Positions 21,937 through 30,323 of a DNA stretch of 64,000 nt are shown piece by piece. A program made the position numbers and the translations under genes. The notes beneath the pieces were generated by a model. It was given only the letters and a program-made list of their open reading frames with translations, did no database searches and was not told the DNA's origin. Source of the stretch: an uncultured Planctomycetales bacterium (GTDB taxonomy: Bacteria; Omnitrophota; Gorgyraeia; Gygaellales; Profunditerraquicolaceae). Each line of letters starts with the position of its first letter. The first letter of the stretch is position 1. Where the stretch lies: NCBI GenBank assembly GCA_964645795.1, contig CAZYCL010000007.1, positions 26,896-90,895 of the forward strand, read 5' to 3'.

Positions 21937-22751
21937 CTCTGTTTGGCTTCTTTTAGCTTGATGACCAGCTCATACGGGACCTTGATGGAGCCTATCATTA
22001 CCTGAGGCTTGGCGTAACCATGACAGTCCGAACCGCCGGTGACAAGCAGGTTGTTCTTGCGGGCGATATCCAGGTAATAGTTAACCATGGACTGCGAATG
22101 TTCCGGATAGTAGACTTCAAGGCCGGCGATACCCATCTTAATGAATTCAAAGATGAGATCGTCGTCTTTGAGCAGATACGGATGCGCCAGGACGGGGATA
22201 CCACCGGCCCCCCTGATGATATCGATGGCCTCGCTGGGGGAAAACTTGAAGCCCAGCACATAGGCCGGGCACTGGTCACCGATGTACTTATGAAAAGCTT
22301 CGAATACGGAAGATGCCTTTGATTCTTTAACCATCGCACGGGCTACATGAAGCCTGCCTACCGTGCCGTTATTGGAAAATTCAAAGATGCTTTCAGGGCG
22401 CAAATTGACGCCCATGCCCTGCAGCTTCTGCACTATCTTATAAACCCTCTCTACCCGGTTTTGCTTAAGGGTCTTTAGTTTCTCAAGGAGGTTGCGGTCA
22501 TGGTGGTCGATAAGGTAGCCCAGGATATGTACCTCCAACCCCCTGTATTCGGCGCTAAACTCTATCGCCGGCAGCACTTCTACGCCCTTGCTCCTGGCCG
22601 CCTCCAAAGCCGGCCCTACCGCATCTACCGTATCGTGGTCGGTAATCGCGATGCAGTCCAGGCCCGCCTTTACGCTTTCGCCCACAAGCCGGTCCGCGGA
22701 AAAAGTACCGTCGGATACATTGGTGTGCAGATGAAGATCCGCAAACTTCAC
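21927..22751 (-). CDS. PHP-family metal-dependent phosphoesterase (TrpH/YciV-like)
   Basis: 274 aa with the PHP N-terminal His motif (DLHLHTNVSDG) and ITDHD. It overlaps nusB by 4 nt and ribD by 10 nt, so it sits inside the rib operon. Confidence 0.8.
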   Translation of the reverse strand: MKFADLHLHTNVSDGTFSADRLVGESVKAGLDCIAITDHDTVDAVGPALEAARSKGVEVLPAIEFSAEYRGLEVHILGYLIDHHDRNLLEKLKTLKQNRVERVYKIVQKLQGMGVNLRPESIFEFSNNGTVGRLHVARAMVKESKASSVFEAFHKYIGDQCPAYVLGFKFSPSEAIDIIRGAGGIPVLAHPYLLKDDDLIFEFIKMGIAGLEVYYPEHSQSMVNYYLDIARKNNLLVTGGSDCHGYAKPQVMIGSIKVPYELVIKLKEAKQRCP

Positions 22752-23164
22752 TTTTTTCTCTCCGTTTTGATCTTATCGAGTATGGCGTTGACGAACTTTC
22801 CGGCTTCCTGACCGGAATACTTCTTGGCCAGATCCACGGCTTCGTTGATGGAAACCTTGGGTGGGATATCGTCCTTTAACAAAAGCTCAAAACACCCGAT
22901 CCTCAGGATATTCCTGTCGAGCACCGCCATGCGCTCAAGCTTCCAATTGGAAGCAAAGGCCGATATCTTTTCGTCGATCCGGGCAAGATTTCGCCAGACC
23001 CCCAGGACAAGCTCCGTAGTAAATTCCATCTGCGCCTGGTCCAGCTTCTCTTCCTGCTGCTGCAACCAAAAACTATCCAGGCACTGCCCGGCATCCTCGC
23101 GGGTAATATCCATGCGATAAAGCACCTGCAGGGCCAATTCTCTGGCGCGGCTTCTTTTTCTCAT
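22748..23164 (-). CDS. nusB: transcription antitermination factor NusB
   Basis: 138 aa; the N-terminus RARELALQVLY and all-helical composition match NusB. It is linked to ribH, as in many genomes. Confidence 0.9.
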   Translation of the reverse strand: MRKRSRARELALQVLYRMDITREDAGQCLDSFWLQQQEEKLDQAQMEFTTELVLGVWRNLARIDEKISAFASNWKLERMAVLDRNILRIGCFELLLKDDIPPKVSINEAVDLAKKYSGQEAGKFVNAILDKIKTERKK

Positions 23165-23189
23165 ATCGATACCATTATCCGGTATGGAA

Positions 23190-23657
23190 TCATCTTATCT
23201 GAGAGAACAGATTAACCATCTCTATTGCGGAGACCGCCGCATCCCTTCCCTTATTGCCGTCCTTGGTCCCGGCGCGCTCTATTGCCTGTTCGATCGTATC
23301 GGCGGTGATTACGCCGAATATGACCGGGATGCCCGCGTCCTGTGAGACCGCCGCAACGCCCTTTGCGACCTCGGAAGCAACGTATTCAAAATGCGGGGTG
23401 GAACCGCGGATCACCGTTCCCAGGCAGATAAGCGCCTCATATGACTTTGACTTCGCCAGCCTTACGGCTACCGCCGGGATCTCGAAAGCCCCGGGGACAC
23501 GGACAACCCCTATGTCCTTTTCATCCGCACCGTGCCTTACAAGCGTATCAACGCAACCGCTGATAAGCTCTTTGGTGATGAAATCGTTAAAGCGCGAAGC
23601 GATAATGCAGAACTTTTTTCCTTTTGCTATCAGATTACCCTCGATCGTCTTTACCAT
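23190..23657 (-). CDS. ribH: 6,7-dimethyl-8-ribityllumazine synthase RibH
   Basis: 155 aa matching lumazine synthase throughout ([13 protein letters not shown]..., [21 protein letters not shown]). Confidence 0.95.
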   Translation of the reverse strand: MVKTIEGNLIAKGKKFCIIASRFNDFITKELISGCVDTLVRHGADEKDIGVVRVPGAFEIPAVAVRLAKSKSYEALICLGTVIRGSTPHFEYVASEVAKGVAAVSQDAGIPVIFGVITADTIEQAIERAGTKDGNKGRDAAVSAIEMVNLFSQIR

Positions 23658-23671
23658 CTTTCCCCCTTTCG

Positions 23672-24898
23672 CTAGATATTAAGATTGTGGCCGAGTTTCT
23701 CCTTCTTGGCCTTAAGATACTTATAGTTAAGCTCGTTTGGCTCGATCTCCAAGGGCAGGCGCTGGATGACCTTCAGGCCGTAGCCTTCAAGACCCACGAT
23801 CTTACGCGGGTTGTTCGTCAGGAGCATAATGTTCCTTACGCCCAGGTCTACCAGGATCTGGGCTCCGATACCATAGTCTCTCAGATCCGCCTTATGGCCG
23901 AGGGCTTCGTTGGCCTCTACCGTATCCAGCCCTTTATCCTGAAGATTATAGGCCTTGAGCTTCTCGATAAGCCCTATGCCGCGGCCTTCCTGGCTCATAT
24001 AAAGGATGACGCCGGCCTTTTGCTTTGATATGACGCGCATCGCCTCCTGGAGCTGCCGGCCGCAGTCGCAGCGAAGCGAACCGAATACGTCTCCCGTAAA
24101 ACATTCGGAGTGCACGCGTACAAATACCGGTTCGGATGAAATATCGCCCGTCACCAGCGCCGAGTGCACCTTGTTATTGGTCAGGTCCCTATAAAGGACC
24201 ATTCTGTATGTGCCGTATTCCGTGGGCAGGCTTGTTTCAACCAGCCTCTCAATCAGCCTCTCGCAACGCCTACGGTATTCTATGAGAGCGGCGATCGTAC
24301 ACATTTTAAGTCCATGCCTCTTCGAGAAATCGATCAACTGCGGCAGTCGCGCCATGGCTCCGTCGTCGTTCATGATCTCGCAGATCACCCCGGCAGGAAA
24401 CAATCCGGCCATACGCATAAAGTCTACTGCTGCCTCGGTGTGCCCGGCCCTGACCAATACCCCGCCTTTTCTTGCCCTTAAGGGGAAGGAGTGTCCTGGG
24501 CGGATGAGGTCTTCGGGTTTAGACAGCGGATTTGCCAGCACCTCGATCGTGCGGCTGCGGTCATAAGCGGAGATCCCGGTGGTAATACCCGAGGCGGCAT
24601 CAACAGACATCATCCAGGCAGTCGAAAACGGATCCTCTGCCTTGGTTCTTGCGGGATTAAACATCGGATCGAGCCCCAAAAACCTCAGGCGCTCCTCTTC
24701 CATGGGCACGCATATCAATCCGCGGCCGAACTTGGCCATAAAGTTTATGTCCTGAGGCCTGGCAAAAGAGGCAGCCATCACCAGGTCTCCTTCGTTCTCC
24801 CGCTCTTCGTCATCGATGACGATGACCATTTTACCTTTTTTCAGATCTTCCAATATTTCCGGGATTGTGTTAAACATGGATTCTTCCCTTAAAAACAA
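23672..24898 (-). CDS. ribBA: bifunctional 3,4-dihydroxy-2-butanone-4-phosphate synthase / GTP cyclohydrolase II RibBA
   Basis: 408 aa with an N-terminal DHBP synthase domain ([12 protein letters not shown]) and a C-terminal GTP cyclohydrolase II domain with the Zn motif CxCxxxxxC ([20 protein letters not shown]). Confidence 0.95.
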   Translation of the reverse strand: MFLREESMFNTIPEILEDLKKGKMVIVIDDEERENEGDLVMAASFARPQDINFMAKFGRGLICVPMEEERLRFLGLDPMFNPARTKAEDPFSTAWMMSVDAASGITTGISAYDRSRTIEVLANPLSKPEDLIRPGHSFPLRARKGGVLVRAGHTEAAVDFMRMAGLFPAGVICEIMNDDGAMARLPQLIDFSKRHGLKMCTIAALIEYRRRCERLIERLVETSLPTEYGTYRMVLYRDLTNNKVHSALVTGDISSEPVFVRVHSECFTGDVFGSLRCDCGRQLQEAMRVISKQKAGVILYMSQEGRGIGLIEKLKAYNLQDKGLDTVEANEALGHKADLRDYGIGAQILVDLGVRNIMLLTNNPRKIVGLEGYGLKVIQRLPLEIEPNELNYKYLKAKKEKLGHNLNI

Positions 24899-25133
24899 TA
24901 AACCCGAAGATGGTCTTCGGGTATAGGATCTCTTTAATCTTCTTTCGTCTAGACTTTGCGCAGGATGCGCTCGGATGCATCTGCGCGCCGCTTGCGCGGC
25001 GCTATCGGCTCTGGAATCTAACCAGATCTGCCATGCACATTATCGGTGTCTTGCGTGTGCAGGGCTCGCGGGCTTTCACCACCGGTTTGGAATTTCACCT
25101 CCCGCACGCCAGGTGCGGGACCCCGAAGATTAG
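24896..25133 (-). promoter_or_regulatory. FMN riboswitch (RFN element) with intrinsic terminator, leader of the rib operon
   Basis: The minus-strand sequence contains conserved RFN blocks: CTTCGGGGTCCCGCACC...AGGTGAAATTCC...ACCGGTGGTGAAAGCCCGCGAGCC...GATCTGGTTAGATTCCAGAGCCGATAGCGCCGCG...AGTCTAGACGAAAGAAGA. A hairpin ACCCGAAGACCATCTTCGGGT followed by TTTATTGTTTTT sits just before the ribBA RBS and start codon, consistent with transcription attenuation. Confidence 0.85.
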
Positions 25134-25140
25134 TTTAATA

Positions 25141-25168
25141 ATTTTACACGATTGGGGCAGGATTGTCA
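25141..25168 (-). promoter_or_regulatory. sigma70-type promoter of the rib operon
   Basis: On the minus strand, TTGACA (plus 25163-25168) is followed by 17 nt and then TAAAAT (plus 25141-25146), placing the transcription start just upstream of the riboswitch. The -35 element abuts the GT2 stop codon. Confidence 0.55.
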
Positions 25169-25170
25169 AC

Positions 25171-26001
25171 CTATTTAGCTTGCCCTCGTCTTGCCGGCTG
25201 CAGCAGCCCCCTTATGCCCCTGACGCAAGAAGCAAGGGCAAAGTACGGGATAAAAACCTTGTTCATGTTCTTGTAGTAAAACAGCAAACCGTTGCGCAGG
25301 CGAAAGTATTGGCTCCTATACCTGCCGCACTGACGGCATCCTCCGGATTCGGCCGCCAGGTGCACAAGAGATGCCCGAGGCTCAAAAAGTATCTTGTAAC
25401 CGTTTTTCCTCAACCGGTAGCAATAATCGGTGTCTTCAAGGACTCCCGTCCCCTTGAACCGCTTATCGAAGAACCCGGTCTTGGCAACCGCCTCCCTTGA
25501 GAACGAGCTGTTGCCTCCGGCAGCCGCATATACGTACTGGCGGGTTTGAGAGCCAAAATTGGTCGATATCGCCCCGGATGGCAATACCCTGGCTCCGGCG
25601 CAGGCCGATCCTTGCGGTTTCTCGCGGGGATCGATTACCCTGCCCGCAACGCAGCCGATATCTTTTTGATCATGAGCAAGGGCGTGATAGAAGACAAATC
25701 TCTCGCCCAGCATTACGTCGTCATCAATGAACAAAAGTATATCATTAACGCAGACCTCTATGCCCCGGTTCCTGGCGTTAGGCAGGCCTTTTTCCTTCAA
25801 GTGGATATATTTTATATTATCTTTATCGCAATCGAAGCATTCCTTGAGGGCGTTGCGGCAAGGCTCATCGCTCTGATCCACCACCACCACCTCCATATCC
25901 GGATACCCCTGCGATAACAGGTTTTTCAGGGTATTTAGCAGATATCCGGGGCGGTTGAGCGTGGGGATTATCACAGAAACTGAAGTGTATTTCATAATCA
26001 A
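25171..26001 (-). CDS. family 2 glycosyltransferase
   Basis: 276 aa with a GT-A N-terminus (VSVIIPTLNRPGYL) and a DxD-type motif (FIDDD). Confidence 0.8.
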   Translation of the reverse strand: MIMKYTSVSVIIPTLNRPGYLLNTLKNLLSQGYPDMEVVVVDQSDEPCRNALKECFDCDKDNIKYIHLKEKGLPNARNRGIEVCVNDILLFIDDDVMLGERFVFYHALAHDQKDIGCVAGRVIDPREKPQGSACAGARVLPSGAISTNFGSQTRQYVYAAAGGNSSFSREAVAKTGFFDKRFKGTGVLEDTDYCYRLRKNGYKILFEPRASLVHLAAESGGCRQCGRYRSQYFRLRNGLLFYYKNMNKVFIPYFALASCVRGIRGLLQPARRGQAK

Positions 26002-26087
26002 GGCAGGCTTTTGATGCTATGTTATCATAAGCCCGGGCACCTGACAATAAGTTTTCCGGCAAAATCAAATTATGCTATAATATTTTT

Positions 26088-26561
26088 ATGGCTAAAAGCA
26101 AATTGCGTGCCCTGAGGCGCCGGCTTGCATCACGGAAGCTGACCGTTTCCGTTGCGGAATCCTGCAGCGGCGGCCTGCTTTCTCAATTACTGACGAACGC
26201 ACCCGGCAGCTCTTCGTTCTTTTGCGCCGGACTGGTCCTTTACGCTAACCAGGCCAAGAGCAGGATTCTGAAGATCCCCCCGGCTCTCATCAAGAACTCC
26301 GGAGCGGTCTCCAGAGCCGTGGCGCTCAGGATGTCAGAATCGACCAGGCGACTTATGAAGACGGACCTTGGCGTAGGCATCACCGGCATAGCCGGACCTT
26401 CGGGAGGATCCGCGCGCAAACCCGTAGGAACGGTATTTATCGCCGTCTCCCGAGGCCCAAAGAACACCTGCAGGAGATTCCTTTTCCGCGGCAGCCGGTC
26501 AGCCGTGCGCAGCCAGGCCGCTCAAAAAGCCATCGATATGCTCTTAGGGCTTATAAAATGA
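26088..26561 (+). CDS. CinA C-terminal domain / nicotinamide-nucleotide amidohydrolase PncC-like protein
   Basis: 157 aa with the CinA C-terminal signature LTVSVAESCSGGLLSQLLT...GAS. Confidence 0.8.
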   Translation: MAKSKLRALRRRLASRKLTVSVAESCSGGLLSQLLTNAPGSSSFFCAGLVLYANQAKSRILKIPPALIKNSGAVSRAVALRMSESTRRLMKTDLGVGITGIAGPSGGSARKPVGTVFIAVSRGPKNTCRRFLFRGSRSAVRSQAAQKAIDMLLGLIK

Positions 26562-27133
26562 CCCGCGCCTTCATTGCCATAGAACTGCCTGAATACGTAA
26601 AGCAACAGCTTTTGCGCATACAGGATAAGCTTAAAACCACCGGCGCAGACGTTAAATGGGTGGAACCGAAAAACATCCACCTGACGCTGAAGTTCCTGGG
26701 AGAGCGCGACGATAAGAAGATCGCGCAAATACGCGACGGCCTCGGGCCCGCCTTGGAGGGCATCGGCGTTTACAAGGCAAGCCTTGCCTCTGTCGGCGCC
26801 TTCCCGGATGAACAATCACCCAGAGTGGTCTGGGCGGGGATCGAAGAAGGACGCGACCAAACGTCGCGCATCGCCAAAAGGCTGGAAGAGGCGATCTGTC
26901 TCCTGGGCATCCCCAAAGAAAAACGCCCGTTCTCCTGCCATATAACCCTGGGCCGGACAAGGAGCAACCTCAACCTTGGAAAACTAAGCAGCGCGATAAT
27001 AGAACTGCGATCTCAATCTCTGTGGGAAAACCCCGGGTTTGACGTAGAAAGCATCACGCTCTTTAAAAGCACGCTCTCGCCCCAGGGCCCTGCTTATGAA
27101 GCCCTCAAAGCAGTCAACCTTAAAGCCAGCTGA
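26558..27133 (+). CDS. thpR: RNA 2',3'-cyclic phosphodiesterase (2H phosphoesterase, ThpR/LigT)
   Basis: 191 aa with two HxT/S motifs of the 2H family (HLTLKFLGE; HITLGRT). It overlaps the upstream gene by 4 nt. Confidence 0.8.
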   Translation: MTRAFIAIELPEYVKQQLLRIQDKLKTTGADVKWVEPKNIHLTLKFLGERDDKKIAQIRDGLGPALEGIGVYKASLASVGAFPDEQSPRVVWAGIEEGRDQTSRIAKRLEEAICLLGIPKEKRPFSCHITLGRTRSNLNLGKLSSAIIELRSQSLWENPGFDVESITLFKSTLSPQGPAYEALKAVNLKAS

Positions 27134-27561
27134 AGCACCAGGTTAGTATATAACCCGGCGATGATATCATCAGCCATAATGCCTTTGGCGCCTTTGAGCT
27201 TCTGAAGGTGTCCGGCGGGGAATGGTTTGAGGGTATCGAAGATGCGGAATAGCAGAAATGCCAACACCGTAAGCCTTATGTCCTGAGGCACAAACAACAG
27301 GCTTATGAACATGCCGCTTACTTCGTCGATGACTATGTGAGGGGAGTCTTTTACCCCCAGCGCTTTCTCGGCCCTGCCCGAACAAGAGAAACCCAGGATA
27401 ATAAAGGAGGCGGTCAGCGCCAGATACAGCGTGCAATCACCCCTTACAAGACCGGCCAGCCACAGGGCAGCAAGGCTTGCGAAGCTTCCCGGTATAAAGG
27501 GCAGGTAGCCTACGTAGAAAAAAGTACTTATCAGCTCCGCAACTGCCGTTATAACGCGCAT
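27094..27561 (-). CDS. pgpA: phosphatidylglycerophosphatase A
   Basis: 155 aa membrane protein with PgpA motifs (PGSFASLAAL; IDEVSGMFISL; FRIFDTLKPFP). Confidence 0.8.
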   Translation of the reverse strand: MRVITAVAELISTFFYVGYLPFIPGSFASLAALWLAGLVRGDCTLYLALTASFIILGFSCSGRAEKALGVKDSPHIVIDEVSGMFISLLFVPQDIRLTVLAFLLFRIFDTLKPFPAGHLQKLKGAKGIMADDIIAGLYTNLVLQLALRLTALRAS

Positions 27562-27564
27562 CTT

Positions 27565-28143
27565 CTAAAACATCGATATTATCTTGCGGTTTTCCCAAAG
27601 GTAGGAAAATCCGGAATAAAGGGTAAGACCCACTGTCAAAAGCATCAGAAGGTAAATCGCCTGACGGAATATCGTCTCCCAGGCGGGGTTCCAGGTAAAG
27701 TAGGCCAGCATCGTTTCTTTTATCACTATAAAAACCAGTATCAAAAAGATCACCAGCATCTGGGATATCGTCTTGTGCTTGCCCGCCCTGGCAGCAGAGA
27801 GCACCTTGCCCTTGTTCAGGGCAAAAAGCCTGATTGAAGTGATCAGTATCTCGCGCGAGACGATGATCACGAACATCCAGGCCTCGATCAGCTGCATCTG
27901 CACGAACGCCGCGAATGCCGCCAAAACCAGGATCTTATCAGCGATAGGATCCATTAGCCTTCCGAAGTCGGTTACCATGTTCTTCTTCTGGGCGATCAGT
28001 CCGTCAAAGAAATCGGAAAGGGCGGCGAAGATGAAGAGCGCCAGGCTCAAAATCTTATATATCAAGCCGTGACAGAACAAGAAAAACATGAAGACGAACG
28101 TAAGCACTATCCTTAACATGGTAAGCTTATTGGCAATATTCAT
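27565..28143 (-). CDS. pgsA: CDP-diacylglycerol--glycerol-3-phosphate 3-phosphatidyltransferase
   Basis: 192 aa with the CDP-alcohol phosphatidyltransferase motif D(x2)DG(x2)AR...G(x3)D(x3)D (DFFDGLIAQ...DPIADKIL). It is adjacent to pgpA. Confidence 0.85.
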   Translation of the reverse strand: MNIANKLTMLRIVLTFVFMFFLFCHGLIYKILSLALFIFAALSDFFDGLIAQKKNMVTDFGRLMDPIADKILVLAAFAAFVQMQLIEAWMFVIIVSREILITSIRLFALNKGKVLSAARAGKHKTISQMLVIFLILVFIVIKETMLAYFTWNPAWETIFRQAIYLLMLLTVGLTLYSGFSYLWENRKIISMF

Positions 28144-28146
28144 ATT

Positions 28147-29391
28147 CTAGGCCTCTCCCACCAGATCATATTCCAACGTATCAGTGATGCGCACCTGCGC
28201 GAAATCCCCCGGAAAAAGCTTCCTGGAAGAGGAAACCGTCACCTCCCCGTCCACTTCCGGGGCGTCGTATTCGCTGCGACCAAGGTAAGCGCCCGACTCT
28301 TCTTCGTCTATCAGGACCCTGATCTTTTTGCCGATGAGCCTTTGGTTGAGCTCTTGCGAGATGTCCCTCTGCAGGCTCATTATAGCATTAAATCTGGAAA
28401 TTTTCACCTTTTTTGATATTTGTTTCTTGAATCCGAATGCCGGCGTGCCTTCTTCGCGAGAATATATAAAAGCCCCCAGCCTCTCAAACTTGACCTGCCG
28501 GACAAAGGATAAAAGCTCCTCGAACTCTTTTTCGCTCTCGGAAGGAAAACCGGTGATGACCGAAGTCCTTAGGGCCACGCCCGGCAACATCTTTCTTGTC
28601 TTTTCGATCAGGCGCATTATCTGTTTCTTTGAAACCTGCCTGTTCATCAGCCTCAGGATGCGGTCGTTTACGTGCTGGAAGGGTATATCCAGATACCTGC
28701 AAATACGGGGATTGTCCTTGATCAGCTTAAGAACGTCATCGCCTATCCTGGCAGGGTGCAGATACAAAAGCCTTATCCAGCCTATGCGGGGGGTGCGCTT
28801 TATAATCTGCCTTAAGAGGCGCGCCAGATCCGTCTTGGGACGGATATCCAGCCCGTAACCGGTAATATCCTGGCCGATGATATTAAGCTCCGCTACCCCC
28901 TGCTCGTTCAAAATGCCGGCTTTTTTGATGACGTCATCCATACCCAGGCTGCGGAATCTTCCCTTTATTTTCGGTATCACGCAATAACTGCAATGGTTGA
29001 CGCAACCTTCGCAGATCTTAAGGTAGGCGTAATGGGAAGGGGTGATGGGGTAACGATCTTCTGTGGAGTCGAAAGAAAGGCTGCCGACAAAAGCGTCAAC
29101 CTCGGGAAGCTCTGCGGCCAGGGCCTCCTTGTAGCGCTGACTCAAACACCCGTAGACAATGAGTTTTTTGAGCTTACCTTGTTTCTTTAAGTGGACGAGG
29201 TCGAGGATGGTGTCGATGGACTCGCGCTTTGCCTCATCTATGAAGGCGCAGGTATTGACTATCCCGATTTCAGCGTCTTTTATATCGGCTATCTGATAGC
29301 CCTTGGCCAAAAGTCGGCCCGCGATGCTCTCCGAATCTACAAGGTTACGCGGACAACCCAGGCTTATAATACCGACTGACTGCTTCATCAA
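28147..29391 (-). CDS. rimO: ribosomal protein S12 methylthiotransferase RimO
   Basis: 414 aa with an MTTase N-domain (GIISLGCPRNLVDSE), a radical SAM CxxxCxxC (CEGCVNHCSYC) and a C-terminal TRAM domain. The N-terminus is RimO-like rather than MiaB-like. Confidence 0.85.
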   Translation of the reverse strand: MMKQSVGIISLGCPRNLVDSESIAGRLLAKGYQIADIKDAEIGIVNTCAFIDEAKRESIDTILDLVHLKKQGKLKKLIVYGCLSQRYKEALAAELPEVDAFVGSLSFDSTEDRYPITPSHYAYLKICEGCVNHCSYCVIPKIKGRFRSLGMDDVIKKAGILNEQGVAELNIIGQDITGYGLDIRPKTDLARLLRQIIKRTPRIGWIRLLYLHPARIGDDVLKLIKDNPRICRYLDIPFQHVNDRILRLMNRQVSKKQIMRLIEKTRKMLPGVALRTSVITGFPSESEKEFEELLSFVRQVKFERLGAFIYSREEGTPAFGFKKQISKKVKISRFNAIMSLQRDISQELNQRLIGKKIRVLIDEEESGAYLGRSEYDAPEVDGEVTVSSSRKLFPGDFAQVRITDTLEYDLVGEA

Positions 29392-30323
29392 TCGATATTG
29401 ATGCCTTCGCGGGTAATGATGATGTTCTTGCGGGCCTGGCCTCTTCTGCCGATATTACCAAACAGCTTGCCGTTGACCTCCAGCTCCACGGCTCCGGCAT
29501 TGCCGACGGAAAGCTCGATCTTATCCTTGGCCTTCCAGCCTCCGAACCTCCCCTTTTCCAAAACGCGCTGGAAGACTAAACGGCCGTCTGTTTTAAGCGA
29601 TATCCAGCAGTTCTCTCTGGCCTTGATGACCAACCTTATGCCCGATGAGTAAGGAACGGACTGCCTGCCAGCGGACGGCTCTGATTTGGGCTTCTGGACG
29701 CTGGTCTGTCTTAACTCCTCTTTCTTTATCGCTATAGGCATTACCGAAGAGGACTTACCGGCCTTGGCCCTGGATTTAGTTGTTACGGCTTTCGCCTTGG
29801 TAAAAACCCACTTGCCGGCATTAAAGAGGGCAAGCGACAACAGCGCGGTAAGGACGATTGTGACAAGGGCCGGGATAATATTGACCCTGGGCCCGTCAGC
29901 AGGCTTGGTCTTATTGTCATCCGCAGAGGCAGCCGCCGATGCGGGCTTCTGTTGTAACGTCTTTAGCGGCGGGGGATAAAACACTTCTTCCTGCTCAAGT
30001 TTGGGCGCAGGCGGCACAGGCTCATGGAAGCCTTGAGGCTCTTCCATCCGGGTGCTGGGGATTATGCCCTGCGGCTCCTGATAATCGGGGATGTAATTCT
30101 TGGGGTCAACCCCCAGATAGTGACAGTAGAGTTTTAGAAAACCCTTAAGGTAGATCGGATTAAGGTCCGTGACCCCGTCGCCCTCCAGCGCCTGCAGGAT
30201 ATTCATATGGATCCTGGTCTTCTTGTGCACGTCCTCAAGCTTGATGCCTTTGCTTAAACGTACTTTCTTGAGTCTTTCGCCCGCTGATTCCATATTAGCG
30301 CTCCTCTTCCTGTCCCGGCACAA
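29388..30323 (-). CDS. rodZ: RodZ-like cytoskeleton protein (XRE HTH, TM helix, C-terminal RodZ domain)
   Basis: 311 aa with an N-terminal XRE-type HTH (LKKVRLSKGIKLEDVHKKTRIHMNILQALE), a Pro-rich linker, a single TM helix and a C-terminal beta-rich domain. Confidence 0.65.
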   Translation of the reverse strand: MCRDRKRSANMESAGERLKKVRLSKGIKLEDVHKKTRIHMNILQALEGDGVTDLNPIYLKGFLKLYCHYLGVDPKNYIPDYQEPQGIIPSTRMEEPQGFHEPVPPAPKLEQEEVFYPPPLKTLQQKPASAAASADDNKTKPADGPRVNIIPALVTIVLTALLSLALFNAGKWVFTKAKAVTTKSRAKAGKSSSVMPIAIKKEELRQTSVQKPKSEPSAGRQSVPYSSGIRLVIKARENCWISLKTDGRLVFQRVLEKGRFGGWKAKDKIELSVGNAGAVELEVNGKLFGNIGRRGQARKNIIITREGINID

